Assembly (NCBI GenBank): GCA_030748635.1
Contig: JASMLP010000135.1
Location: 11,862-75,861, forward strand
DNA length: 64,000 bases
Source: Planctomycetota bacterium
GTDB lineage: Bacteria; Planctomycetota; JACQVV01; JASMLP01
Reading direction: 5' to 3'
The notes under the pieces were generated by a model that saw only the letters and a list, made by a program, of their open reading frames with translations, was not told the DNA's origin and did not search any database. The position numbers were made by a program, and so were the translations under genes. Of this stretch, positions 45,402-55,823 are shown piece after piece. Position 1 is the stretch's first letter. Each line of letters begins with the position of its first letter.

Positions 45402-46304
45402 TTATGAAACCGGCGCTATCCAGCGTAGACCCCAGGCAACCGGCCAGAGGACTCCGATCAAAAGAGCTGCCTCCCACTGTCCTCCCCCGAGAACCAGCGC
45501 AGAATCGACAAGGATAATCCCTCGAATCGCATGGCCAACGACCTTCCCGATTCCTTCTCCTCGCGCCTCCACTCGCAACGCACCAAACAGTGAAGGGAGG
45601 AGGGATAAACCCAGACAGAGGATCGGTATAACGACCCAAAAATTCGAAGCGCTGCAAAGGATCCAACCCACCGAGACCCCACTGAGCACCATTGCGCCGT
45701 ACAACCATCGTGGATTGTAGGGTCGATCTTCTAATTCTGCGATGAGGCAAATTGCCAAGACATATCCTCCCAGTGCCAAAATTGGCTCCAGCAGTACCCC
45801 CCCTTCCGAGACAATCATCCCCAGCCCGATATTCAACATCCGACAAGTTCCCATGGTGATCAATCCGAAAACCAAATGGGTCTTGGTCACAAAATTGTGA
45901 AGAAAAATCGTGCCGACGAGAACCGCTCCACAAACGATCGCTCGATCTCCGAGAAAGGCGCACCCCAAAAACCCCAGCAGCAATAACAGGATGACAAGAA
46001 ACCAGGCGCCACCGATTCCGATCTCACCGGAAGGCAGTGGGCGATCTTTCCGACTAAGACCGTCTCGCTTTCGATCCGCCAGGTCGTTTGTCACCATTCC
46101 CGCGGCATAAAATGCAACTCCAATCAGAGCGAGAAAAGCCCATGTTTCCCAAGAATCCCCGCTCCAGCGCCCTGAACCGAGAGCGTACCCAGCCCATGGA
46201 TCCGCGATGGCGGTTGCCAGAGCCGGAAATCGAGTCAAACGCAATACCACCCCGACCCGTTTCTTGAGTGTGAAGCGTTCTCCCGATTTCGATTCGGATT
46301 TCAA
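45402..46304 (-). CDS. UbiA-family aromatic/isoprenoid prenyltransferase
   Basis: A polytopic membrane protein with NDLADRKRD (the NDxxDxxxD motif) and RPLPSG. Confidence 0.7.
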   Translation of the reverse strand: MKSESKSGERFTLKKRVGVVLRLTRFPALATAIADPWAGYALGSGRWSGDSWETWAFLALIGVAFYAAGMVTNDLADRKRDGLSRKDRPLPSGEIGIGGAWFLVILLLLLGFLGCAFLGDRAIVCGAVLVGTIFLHNFVTKTHLVFGLITMGTCRMLNIGLGMIVSEGGVLLEPILALGGYVLAICLIAELEDRPYNPRWLYGAMVLSGVSVGWILCSASNFWVVIPILCLGLSLLPSLFGALRVEARGEGIGKVVGHAIRGIILVDSALVLGGGQWEAALLIGVLWPVAWGLRWIAPVS

Positions 46305-46355
46305 AGCGATCTCATCACAACGTGGCTAGAGACCAAGAGGTAAAGCATTACGGTC

Positions 46356-46922
46356 TCAAGGACTCCAGATACCCAACCGTTCCTCTCGCGCTCTGACTTC
46401 AGCAGCCCGAAGCCACCCTCTATATCGATGGTTTGGGGACGAATCCTGGTATCGAGCGCTGCCTGAGCGGATCATTGCGAAATTAGCAACCGAACAGGTT
46501 GACTCCTCGACACGCCGTGGATTATTGCCCTGATATGTCGGGATCAGGACATAACAGAGAGAACGGCCACGCGAATCCTTTTTCTTCTGATCAAAAAGTA
46601 ATTTAATCTTCTTCCCAAGAAGTAACTCTTCATGCGCCGTACGACTCTCTTCAAAAAAACGTTCACCCGGATCGGGAGCGTCCACCGCGATCAATCGAAT
46701 CGTGTCACCATTCGATACCCGAAGGACATCCCCCGACACAACGGAACGCACCTCAACGGTTTGGTGCTCGGGTTCAAAGTCTTCTTTTGGAAGAAGTTTC
46801 AGTGAACCATCCGGCTGTAGTTCATAACGCTCACGATTGCAGCCGACCAACAGGAGTAGAAAGATCGCGCCGAGAATCCAGCGAACGCGCTTCTCGCCCA
46901 ATATCCAGCCAGAAGTCACCAT
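46356..46922 (-). CDS. Thermonuclease (staphylococcal-nuclease-like, SNc) lipoprotein
   Basis: A signal peptide with a LLVGC lipobox, then VSGDVLRVSNGDTIRLIAVDAPD and ...RAREERLGIWS, typical of SNase-fold nucleases. Confidence 0.7.
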   Translation of the reverse strand: MVTSGWILGEKRVRWILGAIFLLLLVGCNRERYELQPDGSLKLLPKEDFEPEHQTVEVRSVVSGDVLRVSNGDTIRLIAVDAPDPGERFFEESRTAHEELLLGKKIKLLFDQKKKDSRGRSLCYVLIPTYQGNNPRRVEESTCSVANFAMIRSGSARYQDSSPNHRYRGWLRAAEVRAREERLGIWSP

Positions 46923-46946
46923 AAATCTACCACTTTTCGCTTCGGG

Positions 46947-47378
46947 TCAAGAAAACGGAGGACGATCTTGCGACCCCCCAGTCGTCCAGTTCGAAGCGCT
47001 TCCCTCGCCAGTTGGGTTTGAAGACGGAGATTCGGCTTGGAAATCCGAAGGAGTTTGCGCGGGAGCTTCAGCCGCGGCCTTCCGGGCAGCCCACGCTTCA
47101 GCCACTCTCTGCTTCATCTGGCGACCTACCTTGAAATTGACCACCGGCCGATTAGGAACGGGCACCGGTTCACCAGTGCGAGGATTTCTACCTACCCGCT
47201 TGGCTCGCTCTTTGATTTCGTAGACCCCGAAATCTCTCAGTTCGATCCGATTGCCACGCTCGAGTTCTTCAATGACTGTATCTAGGAAAAGTTGAACGGC
47301 TTCCTTTGCTGCCACCTTGGTCAAACCCGTTTTCGCAGCAATTCGCTCCACAATCTCCTTTTTGGTGATAGTGTTCAT
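46947..47378 (-). CDS. HU/IHF-family nucleoid-associated DNA-binding protein with low-complexity C-terminal tail
   Basis: MNTITKKEIVERIAAKTGLTKVAAKEAVQLF...RNPRTGEPVPVPNRPVVNFKVG is a canonical HU fold. It is followed by a ~50-aa Ala/Ser/Pro-rich extension. Confidence 0.85.
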   Translation of the reverse strand: MNTITKKEIVERIAAKTGLTKVAAKEAVQLFLDTVIEELERGNRIELRDFGVYEIKERAKRVGRNPRTGEPVPVPNRPVVNFKVGRQMKQRVAEAWAARKAAAEAPAQTPSDFQAESPSSNPTGEGSASNWTTGGSQDRPPFS

Positions 47379-47523
47379 CCCCACGGCATTACCTCCCCAC
47401 GCATATCGAGAAAGAAAAGGCTTTCTCCAAAGTTATCGAACCCCCAACAAGACCAGAAACACTTATGTCAGTGTAGGTTATAGCATCGACGAGTCAAGAT
47501 CATTATAGCACGGGCCGGGAAAT

Positions 47524-48168
47524 TCAGCGATCCTCACTTGAGTGACTGGAAGAGTCAGATGAGGGCGTTTCAGGGTCCACGGGTCGATCCGACACCTTTT
47601 GGCCAACGGTTTCTTTCTGACTCGTAACCAGTTTTAAAATGGGTAAGGCCGCGGGGAGGCGATCGGTGCCAAACCACGCTTCATCATCCCCACCCACTCG
47701 AGGCATGAGGTCCCAGAGATGGGGAACGCTGGCCCCTCTTACATACATCTGATATATCGACTCATCAATCTGGTCCTGAATAGAACTACCCATAATCGGG
47801 AGGATCAGGCACTCAACCCCCTCGCCCAAGATAACCAGAGGACCGTTCACAACCCCCGAAATGACGTAGGAAATCGGAAAATGGAAAACAAGTTGCGCCC
47901 CCGTTCCAATCGGATTGGTGGGAAGCCAGCTATCTTGCAAAGCGTTTGACTCCCCTCCATTTCTGAAACGAAGAATCTGTTCAAAATCCTGTTCTGCTCG
48001 CTCAACCACCGCAGCGGGAACTGCGGGGGGAGCGGTCGAACAACCAAAGAACAATCCGCTGGCCAGGAAAACAAGCCCTGGGTTCCGGAGAACCGCTAAA
48101 ATCTTCACCACCTTACAACCTCCCGGAAAAGAAGCCTGCAGCCTACCTCCCGCACCTTCAGGTGACAA
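47524..48168 (-). CDS. Hypothetical lipoprotein
   Basis: A hydrophobic leader with LFFGCSTAP sits about 20 codons into the ORF, so the true start is probably an internal GTG. No family recognised. Confidence 0.35.
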   Translation of the reverse strand: MSPEGAGGRLQASFPGGCKVVKILAVLRNPGLVFLASGLFFGCSTAPPAVPAAVVERAEQDFEQILRFRNGGESNALQDSWLPTNPIGTGAQLVFHFPISYVISGVVNGPLVILGEGVECLILPIMGSSIQDQIDESIYQMYVRGASVPHLWDLMPRVGGDDEAWFGTDRLPAALPILKLVTSQKETVGQKVSDRPVDPETPSSDSSSHSSEDR

Positions 48169-48306
48169 GACCGATCGTTGCTGTCCTCCCCGACCTTCGA
48201 TACTCTGTCTGCGCGTCCCTTTTCTGGATCTGGTACTGGAATCGTCGATCCTATCATCAGTCTCAAGTTAGCTTTCTGCCAGACTAAGGAACCACAGGAG
48301 AGTCGG

Positions 48307-50451
48307 ATGAAGCAGGTCTTTCAACAGTACCGTAGCGGTCGAATCGAAATCATCGAGGTTCCTGCACCTACTCTGGAATCTGGCATGATTCTTGTGGCCA
48401 ATGCCTATTCGATCATCTCCACCGGTACCGAACGGGCCAAGGTCGAAATGGGAGATCGAAGCCTGATCGGCATGGCCATGGCACGCCCGGACCTGGCCTC
48501 CAAGGTTGTGGACATGGTGCGCCGTGAAGGTATCGCTTCGGCGGCCCGAGCGGTTCGAAATAAGCTAGACCGCCCGACTCCCTTGGGCTATTCATCAGCA
48601 GGCACCGTCCTACAGATCAGTCCTGATGTCCGAGGGGTCGCTCCTGGTGATCGGGTAGCTTGTGCCGGCGGAGAATATGCGTACCACGCCGAAATCATTC
48701 GTGTACCCAAGAATCTTTTTGCTCCCGTCCCCCCCGAAGTCGACCTGAAAGAATCCGCTTTCGCCACCCTAGGCGCAATCGCAATGCAGGGAGTCCGGCG
48801 CCTGGAGCCGGTACTTGGTGAAACCGTCGTCGTCATCGGACTAGGGTTGATCGGGCTCCTTTCGGTCCAGATTCTTCGTGCTGCCGGTATCCGTGTACTT
48901 GCCATCGACATTTCTAATGAACGAGTCGAACTCGCCAAGGACCTCGGAGCCTCGGATGGATGGTCGCGCCAAAGTGAAAATCTCGAAAACCGCGTCCTGG
49001 GCGCAACGCAAAACCGTGGCGCTGACGGCATTCTCGTCACTGCGAGCACCAAACAAAACGACCCACTCGTTCTTGCCGGCCATCTGGCTCGTGAGCGAGG
49101 ACGAGTCGTCCTCGTAGGTGACGTCGAGATCCAATTGCCTCGTGAACCCTACTACCTCAAAGAGATCGACTTCCGATTTTCCCGATCCTACGGTCCCGGC
49201 CGCTATGACAAGGCGTACGAAGAAAAAGGCCTCTCCTATCCACCCGCCTACGTCCCCTGGACCGAGAAAAGAAACCTAGAGTGTTTCCTGGACCTGTTGG
49301 CCCAGAACCAGGTTTCCATTGCTCCCCTGATCACCGAAACCATCCCCTTCGAAGAATCTCCCAACGCTTTCCAGCAACTCAAGAATCGTGACGCCCCCCC
49401 CATCGCCCTCGCCCTTGAATACCCGCCAGGAGTGACCTCCCCTCCTCCTACCGAACCTTTCATTCCTGCCCAACCGATATCCGGAGAGATCCGAACGGCC
49501 CTGATTGGAGCCGGAAACTTTGCCGTCAAATATCTGATCCCCTTCCTCAAATCGGACTCCCGCATTCGCCTTCAGAGCATCGCAGCATCTCGGGGTGGAT
49601 CCTCGGAATCTGTCGCCCGACAGTTCGGCTTTCGATCCGCGCAAACCGCCGAAGAGGTCCTTTCCGACCCCTCGATCGACCTTCTCTTGATCGCCACCCG
49701 ACACGATTCTCACACCGATCTGGCCGTGAAGGCGCTCGGCCGTGGCCTGTATATCCACCTGGAAAAACCGATGGCTTGCACAGAAGAGGAGCTAAAGCGG
49801 CTTCATCAGGCCTATTCCGAACGGCCCGGTGGGTTTCTCCATGTCGGATTCAACCGTCGATTTGCTCCTCTGATCCAACCGATGACACAATTCATGGAAG
49901 AGGTTCCTGGCCCTGGCATTCTCCACCTAAGAGTGCTTGCAGGCCAGCTGCCAGCGGATCACTGGCTTCTCGACCCGGACATCGGTGGAGGTCGTTTGAT
50001 CGGTGAAGGTTGCCACTTTATCGATCTGGCCCACTTCCTGATCCGATCTCGACCGATTCGGTGCCAGGCATCCGCACGAAGAATAGACACCGAATCACCC
50101 CTCGAGAACCAGGACGTCGCGATCTCCGTGGAATACGAAGATGGGTCCCTGGCCAACATCTTGTACCTCTCCACCGGCGCGACCGGTCCAGGCAAAGAGC
50201 GGATCGAATACCACCGAGGAAACCGCAGCACGATCCTGGACGATTTTCGGGTCCTCGAATGCTGGCAAGAAGGACGCCTTGTCACTCGCACTCGAAGCCG
50301 ATCTGATAAGGGACACCGCAATCAGATCGAGTGTCTCATCGAGGCCACCGCTCAAGGTCAAAACTCGCCCGTACCTTTCGAAGAGTCCCTGGCCACTCAC
50401 CAAACTCTCTTCGAAGCGCTTAGATCCCTTTCAGGAATCTCCCACTCTTGA
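48307..50451 (+). CDS. Bi-domain oxidoreductase: N-terminal zinc-type alcohol dehydrogenase (MDR) fold fused to C-terminal Gfo/Idh/MocA NAD(P)-dependent oxidoreductase
   Basis: I place the start at MKQVFQQYRSG (48307). The MDR Rossmann motif is VVVIGLGLIGLLSV. The second Rossmann reads RTALIGAGNFAVKYLIPFL, with the Gfo/Idh/MocA EKP motif (LEKPMA). Confidence 0.8.
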   Translation: MKQVFQQYRSGRIEIIEVPAPTLESGMILVANAYSIISTGTERAKVEMGDRSLIGMAMARPDLASKVVDMVRREGIASAARAVRNKLDRPTPLGYSSAGTVLQISPDVRGVAPGDRVACAGGEYAYHAEIIRVPKNLFAPVPPEVDLKESAFATLGAIAMQGVRRLEPVLGETVVVIGLGLIGLLSVQILRAAGIRVLAIDISNERVELAKDLGASDGWSRQSENLENRVLGATQNRGADGILVTASTKQNDPLVLAGHLARERGRVVLVGDVEIQLPREPYYLKEIDFRFSRSYGPGRYDKAYEEKGLSYPPAYVPWTEKRNLECFLDLLAQNQVSIAPLITETIPFEESPNAFQQLKNRDAPPIALALEYPPGVTSPPPTEPFIPAQPISGEIRTALIGAGNFAVKYLIPFLKSDSRIRLQSIAASRGGSSESVARQFGFRSAQTAEEVLSDPSIDLLLIATRHDSHTDLAVKALGRGLYIHLEKPMACTEEELKRLHQAYSERPGGFLHVGFNRRFAPLIQPMTQFMEEVPGPGILHLRVLAGQLPADHWLLDPDIGGGRLIGEGCHFIDLAHFLIRSRPIRCQASARRIDTESPLENQDVAISVEYEDGSLANILYLSTGATGPGKERIEYHRGNRSTILDDFRVLECWQEGRLVTRTRSRSDKGHRNQIECLIEATAQGQNSPVPFEESLATHQTLFEALRSLSGISHS

Positions 50452-52730
50452 TGAAGGTCCCCCCCCTGAACGTGGTCAAAAATTCTCTCGACCGCTTGAT
50501 CCTTCTAGGTGAATCCAAGAGATGGCGGGGCCCGGATCCCTACGACGCTCTTTCTGGACCGATCGACTTTCTGTTCCGCTCTCTCCCAGCGAGAAAATGG
50601 ACCCGTCTCGCCTGGACTCAATTCTGGAAGCGCTTTCCGTTCGATCTTCGACGTGTCCTGGGAGTCCATTCCGAATGCAACCCAAAAGCCCTCGGACTCG
50701 TTGTCCACGCATATCTATCTCTTGGCGACCTACCGCGCGCTCGCTACTGGGCTGAAAAACTCTCGGCGTTATCCGTTGAGCCTGGATCTTTCGGCTATCC
50801 GTTTCCCTGGCAAGGACGCGCACACTTCTTGCCCTCTCGAACCCCCAATCTGGTCGCCACCTGTTTTGCAGTCGCCGCTCTTCACGATTTCGATCTTGCC
50901 GCCGGAGAAAATCGCTTCGAGCATCACCTCGAGGGGGCACACCACTTTCTTCATTCTCAGTTACTCAACTCCCATGGAGATTTTCTGTCCTATTTCAAAA
51001 GCCCACGCGTCGAAGTTCACAACGCCAATCTGCTTGGAGCCGAGATCCTTGCTCGCGCAGGAGATCATCATACCGCTTCCATCCTGGTAGAAAGTTCGCT
51101 GGCAGAGCAACTTCAGAACGGTTCTCTTCGCTATGGTCGAGCTACCCATCATCAGTGGATAGACAATTTTCACACCGCGTTCAACCTCGCCTCTCTCTGC
51201 CGAATCCAAAACCGTATAGGGGAAAATCGCTGGGAAAATCAGATCGCCAGAATGGCCACCCACTGGCGCCGCCATTTCTTCCCACCTGGACAGTTCCCCC
51301 TCGAAAACACAGCATCCTCCCGTCCCTGCCAAACCCATGCGATAGGAGTCGCTCTCGCTTTCCTACCGTCCTTTTCTCCTTTCCTGGAAGATGGCGAGGA
51401 TCTGGCCCATTCTCTGACAGCCCTTTCTCTTCAGCATCTGCGTTCTCCCCGAGGTTGGTTCTATGATGCTCCTGGCTTTCCTCGGTCCGCCCGGTACATG
51501 CGCTGGACTCAATGCTGGATGCTTTTAGGACTTTCCCGCTATGTCCAGCAACAACGCAGGAAACAGATTGCCACACAACCCAAAACCCCCGCCCTTTCCG
51601 ACTCTCGCCCCCCCGGACCCCACCCCCACGTACCCTCGTCGCCTCCACGCAACGCAATTCGCCGCAAGCCCAAGGTATGGTTAGACTTCGAGAACTCCCC
51701 TCACGTTCCGTTCCTGGCCCCGTTCCGCGAGCGTTTTCTTTCACAAGGTTGGGATGTCCTCTGCACCGCGCGCGATCGAGCTCAAACTCTTCCCCTCCTC
51801 CAACTGTACGGATTCGACCATGAAGCCGACCCAGATCCGATTCCAACCACGCGAATAGGCAAAGCGCTCGCGATTCTCAACCGCACATTTTCCCTCATTT
51901 TCCGATTTCGATCGCAACGTCCTGACCTGGCCATTTCCCACGGTTCTCGAGCCCAATGTCTAGCCGCTCGAATCCTGGGCATTCCTTGTATTACCTTCCT
52001 CGATTATGAATTCGTTGAGCAGGGACTCTTCCGGCACTGTTGTCGTCAAATCCTCGTCCCTGAGGTGATCGACACCGAGGTATCGAATCCATCGCCCAGC
52101 CACTCCCGCTATCAGACCTACCCGGGGATCAAAGAAGAGATATATCTCGGAGCTCCCGCTCCAGGATCGGTCGGCGCGGATGCATTCGATGACGCACAGG
52201 TTCCCCACTCATCGATCCGAATACTCGCGCGACCTCCTGCAACTCGATCTCACTATGTCGCCGATTCTCAGGAGGGGGTGGGTTCGTTATTCGAACGCGT
52301 ACTTCACCAACTCCTCGATCATCACTCCGCCCATGTGCTTCTCCTCAGCCGCTACGGCGACGCTCAAACCTGGCGTTCACGACTTCCCGCCGACAAAGCC
52401 TCTCGGATTCATATCCCCGAAAAAGTGTACGACTGCAGAGAACTGTTGACCACCGCCGATCTCGTTGTTGGAGCCGGAGGAACCATGACACGAGAAGCCG
52501 CGACTCTGGGAATTCCTGCCATTACCGCTTTTCCAGGAACTCTGGGAGCTGTCGATAAATACCTCGTTGAATCAGGGCGCCTCCAGGTTCTGGAAACAAT
52601 CGATGACCTTCAGACCCTACAGATCGGAAAGCGTTCCCAAAGTCTTCGCCCAGCACCTGGCCCACACCTCTTTGACGAAATTTTCGAAAACATCACAAGG
52701 CTATACCGACCTCGACAACCGAACAACTGA
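50448..52730 (+). CDS. Large fusion protein: N-terminal domain of unknown function (possibly heparinase II/III-like alpha-toroid) plus C-terminal GT-B-fold-like (DUF354-like) domain
   Basis: 760 aa, coupled to the oxidoreductase by a 4-nt overlap. A Pro-rich linker (PKTPALSDSRPPGPHPHVPSSPP) separates the two halves. The C-terminal half begins VWLDFENSPHVPFLAPFRERFLSQGWDVLCTARD and ends with a GT-B C-lobe-like VVGAGGTMTREAATLGIPAI. Confidence 0.5.
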   Translation: MMKVPPLNVVKNSLDRLILLGESKRWRGPDPYDALSGPIDFLFRSLPARKWTRLAWTQFWKRFPFDLRRVLGVHSECNPKALGLVVHAYLSLGDLPRARYWAEKLSALSVEPGSFGYPFPWQGRAHFLPSRTPNLVATCFAVAALHDFDLAAGENRFEHHLEGAHHFLHSQLLNSHGDFLSYFKSPRVEVHNANLLGAEILARAGDHHTASILVESSLAEQLQNGSLRYGRATHHQWIDNFHTAFNLASLCRIQNRIGENRWENQIARMATHWRRHFFPPGQFPLENTASSRPCQTHAIGVALAFLPSFSPFLEDGEDLAHSLTALSLQHLRSPRGWFYDAPGFPRSARYMRWTQCWMLLGLSRYVQQQRRKQIATQPKTPALSDSRPPGPHPHVPSSPPRNAIRRKPKVWLDFENSPHVPFLAPFRERFLSQGWDVLCTARDRAQTLPLLQLYGFDHEADPDPIPTTRIGKALAILNRTFSLIFRFRSQRPDLAISHGSRAQCLAARILGIPCITFLDYEFVEQGLFRHCCRQILVPEVIDTEVSNPSPSHSRYQTYPGIKEEIYLGAPAPGSVGADAFDDAQVPHSSIRILARPPATRSHYVADSQEGVGSLFERVLHQLLDHHSAHVLLLSRYGDAQTWRSRLPADKASRIHIPEKVYDCRELLTTADLVVGAGGTMTREAATLGIPAITAFPGTLGAVDKYLVESGRLQVLETIDDLQTLQIGKRSQSLRPAPGPHLFDEIFENITRLYRPRQPNN

Positions 52731-52733
52731 CGG

Positions 52734-54638
52734 TCAAGTCCAGGTTTCCCACTCCTGATACAGTTCAGCAAGGTCTGTTTCCAGTTCAGATAGTCGAGTA
52801 GTCAATTCCATCAACTGTTCATGATCGGAATAGACATCCTCCTCTTCCATCTGAGCCTGGATCTCTGCCATTTCTTCTTCGTGCTCGATGATCAACCGTT
52901 CAAGCGTTTCGTAGTTATAACGCCGTTTCCGAACCGGCTCTGAAGGCTTTCTGGCCACTCTATTCTGTGGCGATTCCGAGTCGAAAGTGCCGGAACCCTT
53001 CGCCAGGTTTCTTGCCTCGGGAAGCCCTTGCCCATTCTCCCTCCGAGTTCCCCCCCATTTCCCCTCGATCTCTCGAACCGTCCCATCCGGCAAAATCTCT
53101 ACGACCCGATCGACGACTCGACTCAGAAGCCATCGATCGTGCGTTACGAGAATGGCTGCCCCAGGATAATCGGACAGATGAGTTTCGAGCGCTTCCCGCC
53201 CAGGAATATCCAGGTGGTTGGTCGGCTCATCGAAGAAGAGCAAATTGGCGCTCGACAGGAGAAGGCGAGCCAATGCGAGCCGACTACGCTCTCCACCAGA
53301 AAGGTTGTCTACCGACGCAAAAACCTCTTCTCCCCGAAATCCGAACCGAGCCAGATAGCTCCGAGCCGTTCCGGGAGTCCACTCTGACCGAGCAGAGAGA
53401 ATCTCTTCAATCACTTCGCTGTGACCCGCGAGATTCCCCGATTCCTGGTGATACACCGCCAACCGAACTGTCCCGCCCAGATGCACCTCACCCTCATCGG
53501 GTTCCAGTTCCTTGGCAAGAATCCGCAACAAAGTGCTCTTACCCGAACCGTTAGGACCGATCAAACCGACGACATCTCCGGCCCTGACAGTCAGATGAAC
53601 CCCACGCAATAGAGGTTTTTCTCCAAATTGCTTGCAGATTCCCCGGGCATCGATCACCCGATTCCCCAGACGTGGCACATTGGTAAAGTCCATGACCAGT
53701 GAACGTTCATCCTGGGTATAGATCGGCAATTCTTCAGCCTCCGAGTCGAGACGCTGAAGTTTTTTCTGCCGACTCCTCGCCTGGGAAACGTTCTGACCGG
53801 CAATATTTTTGCGAACAAAATCTACCTGCCGAGCGCGTTCTTCCTCGAGGCGTTCCTTTTGGCGTTTTGCATTCTCGATACGTTCCGCTCGTTGTCTCAA
53901 AAATTCTTGATACCCGCCACGATACGAGAATGCGCTTCCTCCCCGTTCCAGATGAACAATCCGATCGACAACCCGATCCAGGAAAGTGCGATCGTGGCTC
54001 ACAACGATCAACGCTCCTCCCCTCTGTTTCAGAACTTTTTCCAGCCAATCGATCCTTTCCAGATCCAGGTGATTGGTCGGCTCATCCAGCAACCAGAGGT
54101 CGGCGGGAGTCAACAATGTTCGCGCCAGAGCCAATCGAACTTTTTCTCCTCCAGAAAGAGATTTTACTGATCGCCCCCTCATTTCACGAGAAAAGCCGAG
54201 GCGATCAAGAACTCGTTCCGTTTCCGCCTGATAGGTATATCCCCCGCCATGCTCGAAGCGTAACTGCAGACGTCCATGTCTCTTTTCAAGGTCCGCACGA
54301 TGAGGCTCCTTTTCCATCGCCTCTTCAACCGCAGCCAATTCCTCCCCGACTTGACGCAAACCGACAAAAGCCATCCCGGCGAACTCTTCGACCGACGCAT
54401 TATCGTCCAATTCGATCAATTGCTTATGGAGACGTACGTTCAGATTTTTCGAACGGAAGATCTCTCCCTCATCCGGAGAAGACTCATTCGCAATCACCTC
54501 GAGCAAGGTTGTTTTTCCCGACCCGTTAGAACCGATCAGCCCGAGTCGTTCCCCTTGATTCACCTCGAAACGAACTTTTCGAAGAACGGTTCGTCCCCCT
54601 AGGCGCTTGCTGACATCCTGAACCCGTAGCAGGCTCAT
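52734..54638 (-). CDS. ABC-F family ATPase (tandem ABC domains, no permease; translation/antibiotic-resistance-type)
   Basis: Two Walker A motifs (GSNGSGKTTLL, GPNGSGKSTLL), two LSGGE signatures and an inter-domain coiled-coil linker. Confidence 0.9.
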   Translation of the reverse strand: MSLLRVQDVSKRLGGRTVLRKVRFEVNQGERLGLIGSNGSGKTTLLEVIANESSPDEGEIFRSKNLNVRLHKQLIELDDNASVEEFAGMAFVGLRQVGEELAAVEEAMEKEPHRADLEKRHGRLQLRFEHGGGYTYQAETERVLDRLGFSREMRGRSVKSLSGGEKVRLALARTLLTPADLWLLDEPTNHLDLERIDWLEKVLKQRGGALIVVSHDRTFLDRVVDRIVHLERGGSAFSYRGGYQEFLRQRAERIENAKRQKERLEEERARQVDFVRKNIAGQNVSQARSRQKKLQRLDSEAEELPIYTQDERSLVMDFTNVPRLGNRVIDARGICKQFGEKPLLRGVHLTVRAGDVVGLIGPNGSGKSTLLRILAKELEPDEGEVHLGGTVRLAVYHQESGNLAGHSEVIEEILSARSEWTPGTARSYLARFGFRGEEVFASVDNLSGGERSRLALARLLLSSANLLFFDEPTNHLDIPGREALETHLSDYPGAAILVTHDRWLLSRVVDRVVEILPDGTVREIEGKWGGTRRENGQGLPEARNLAKGSGTFDSESPQNRVARKPSEPVRKRRYNYETLERLIIEHEEEMAEIQAQMEEEDVYSDHEQLMELTTRLSELETDLAELYQEWETWT

Positions 54639-54662
54639 TTCGGCCCTCTTCTCGGACCGAGA

Positions 54663-55823
54663 TCAGGCCTTTCCGAACACCTCACGAAAGGCTCCTCGCA
54701 GATCATTGATCAGATCCTCGACATTCTCAATCCCCACCGACAGTCGAATCAGACCATCTGTCAACCCGGCACGAACCCTTTCCTCTCTCGGAACCGCCGC
54801 GTGAGTCATTGTCGCCGGATGCTCGATCAAGCTCTCCACCCCACCCAGGCTCTCCGCCAGAGCGAAAAGGCGAGTGGCCATGACAAAAGTTTTTCCGTCC
54901 TCCACCCCCCCACGAAGTTCGAAACTTACCATCCCTCCGCCGGTATTCATCTGTTGACGCGCGATCGGGTGCTGCGGATGGCTTTCCAGAAAAGGATACC
55001 GTACCCAGGCAACCCGATCCTGCGACTCCAAAAACTCGGCGATTGCCAAAGCGTTGACCGCGTGCTTCTCCATCCGCAACGAGAGGGTACGGATCCCGCG
55101 CAGGGTGAGAAACGCATCCAAGGGAGCGGGGACCGCTCCCAGAGTATTCTGATAGAAAGCGAGTTTTTCTCCCAGTTCGGGATCATTCGTTACGACAGCA
55201 CCCCCCACCACATCGCAATGTCCACCCAGATACTTGGTCGTGGAATGCAGAACCAAATCGGCTCCGAAATCCAGTGGACGCTGATTGAACGGAGTAGCAA
55301 AGGTATTATCTACCAGCAGAAGGGCCTTGGCTTCTTTGGCCACCTCGGACACGGCGGCCAGATCGGTAATTTTCAGGACCGGGTTTGACGGAGACTCCAC
55401 CCAAAGAAGACGAGTCTGTTCGGTCAACGCACCCCGAATCGCATCGATGTCCGTAGTGTCTACAAAAGAAAAACGAATTCCCAGGGGCTCGAATGCCGTG
55501 GTGAAAAGACGGTAAGTTCCTCCATAGAGGTCGTCACCGGCGACCACATGGTCTCCTTGCCGCAGAAAGTGAAGAACAGTCGTCGCAGCCGCGCAACCGG
55601 AAGCATAGCTACGACAAGAACTCCCCTTCTCGAGATCTGCCAGAGCTTCTTCGAGCGCCTCTCGCGTGGGGTTCTGAGTACGACTGTATTCGTAACCCCG
55701 ATGACAGCCGGGCTCATCCTGAACGTAGGTCGATGTCTGAAATATCGGAACCTGGATAGCACCCGTTCGCGGATCCGGATGAGCTCCCGCATGAACCGCG
55801 AGAGAATCGAAATGCATACTCAT
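54663..55823 (-). CDS. Cystathionine gamma-lyase/gamma-synthase family PLP enzyme
   Basis: N-terminus AVHAGAHPDPRTGAIQVPIFQTSTY and the PLP-lysine region HSTTKYLGGH. Confidence 0.85.
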   Translation of the reverse strand: MSMHFDSLAVHAGAHPDPRTGAIQVPIFQTSTYVQDEPGCHRGYEYSRTQNPTREALEEALADLEKGSSCRSYASGCAAATTVLHFLRQGDHVVAGDDLYGGTYRLFTTAFEPLGIRFSFVDTTDIDAIRGALTEQTRLLWVESPSNPVLKITDLAAVSEVAKEAKALLLVDNTFATPFNQRPLDFGADLVLHSTTKYLGGHCDVVGGAVVTNDPELGEKLAFYQNTLGAVPAPLDAFLTLRGIRTLSLRMEKHAVNALAIAEFLESQDRVAWVRYPFLESHPQHPIARQQMNTGGGMVSFELRGGVEDGKTFVMATRLFALAESLGGVESLIEHPATMTHAAVPREERVRAGLTDGLIRLSVGIENVEDLINDLRGAFREVFGKA

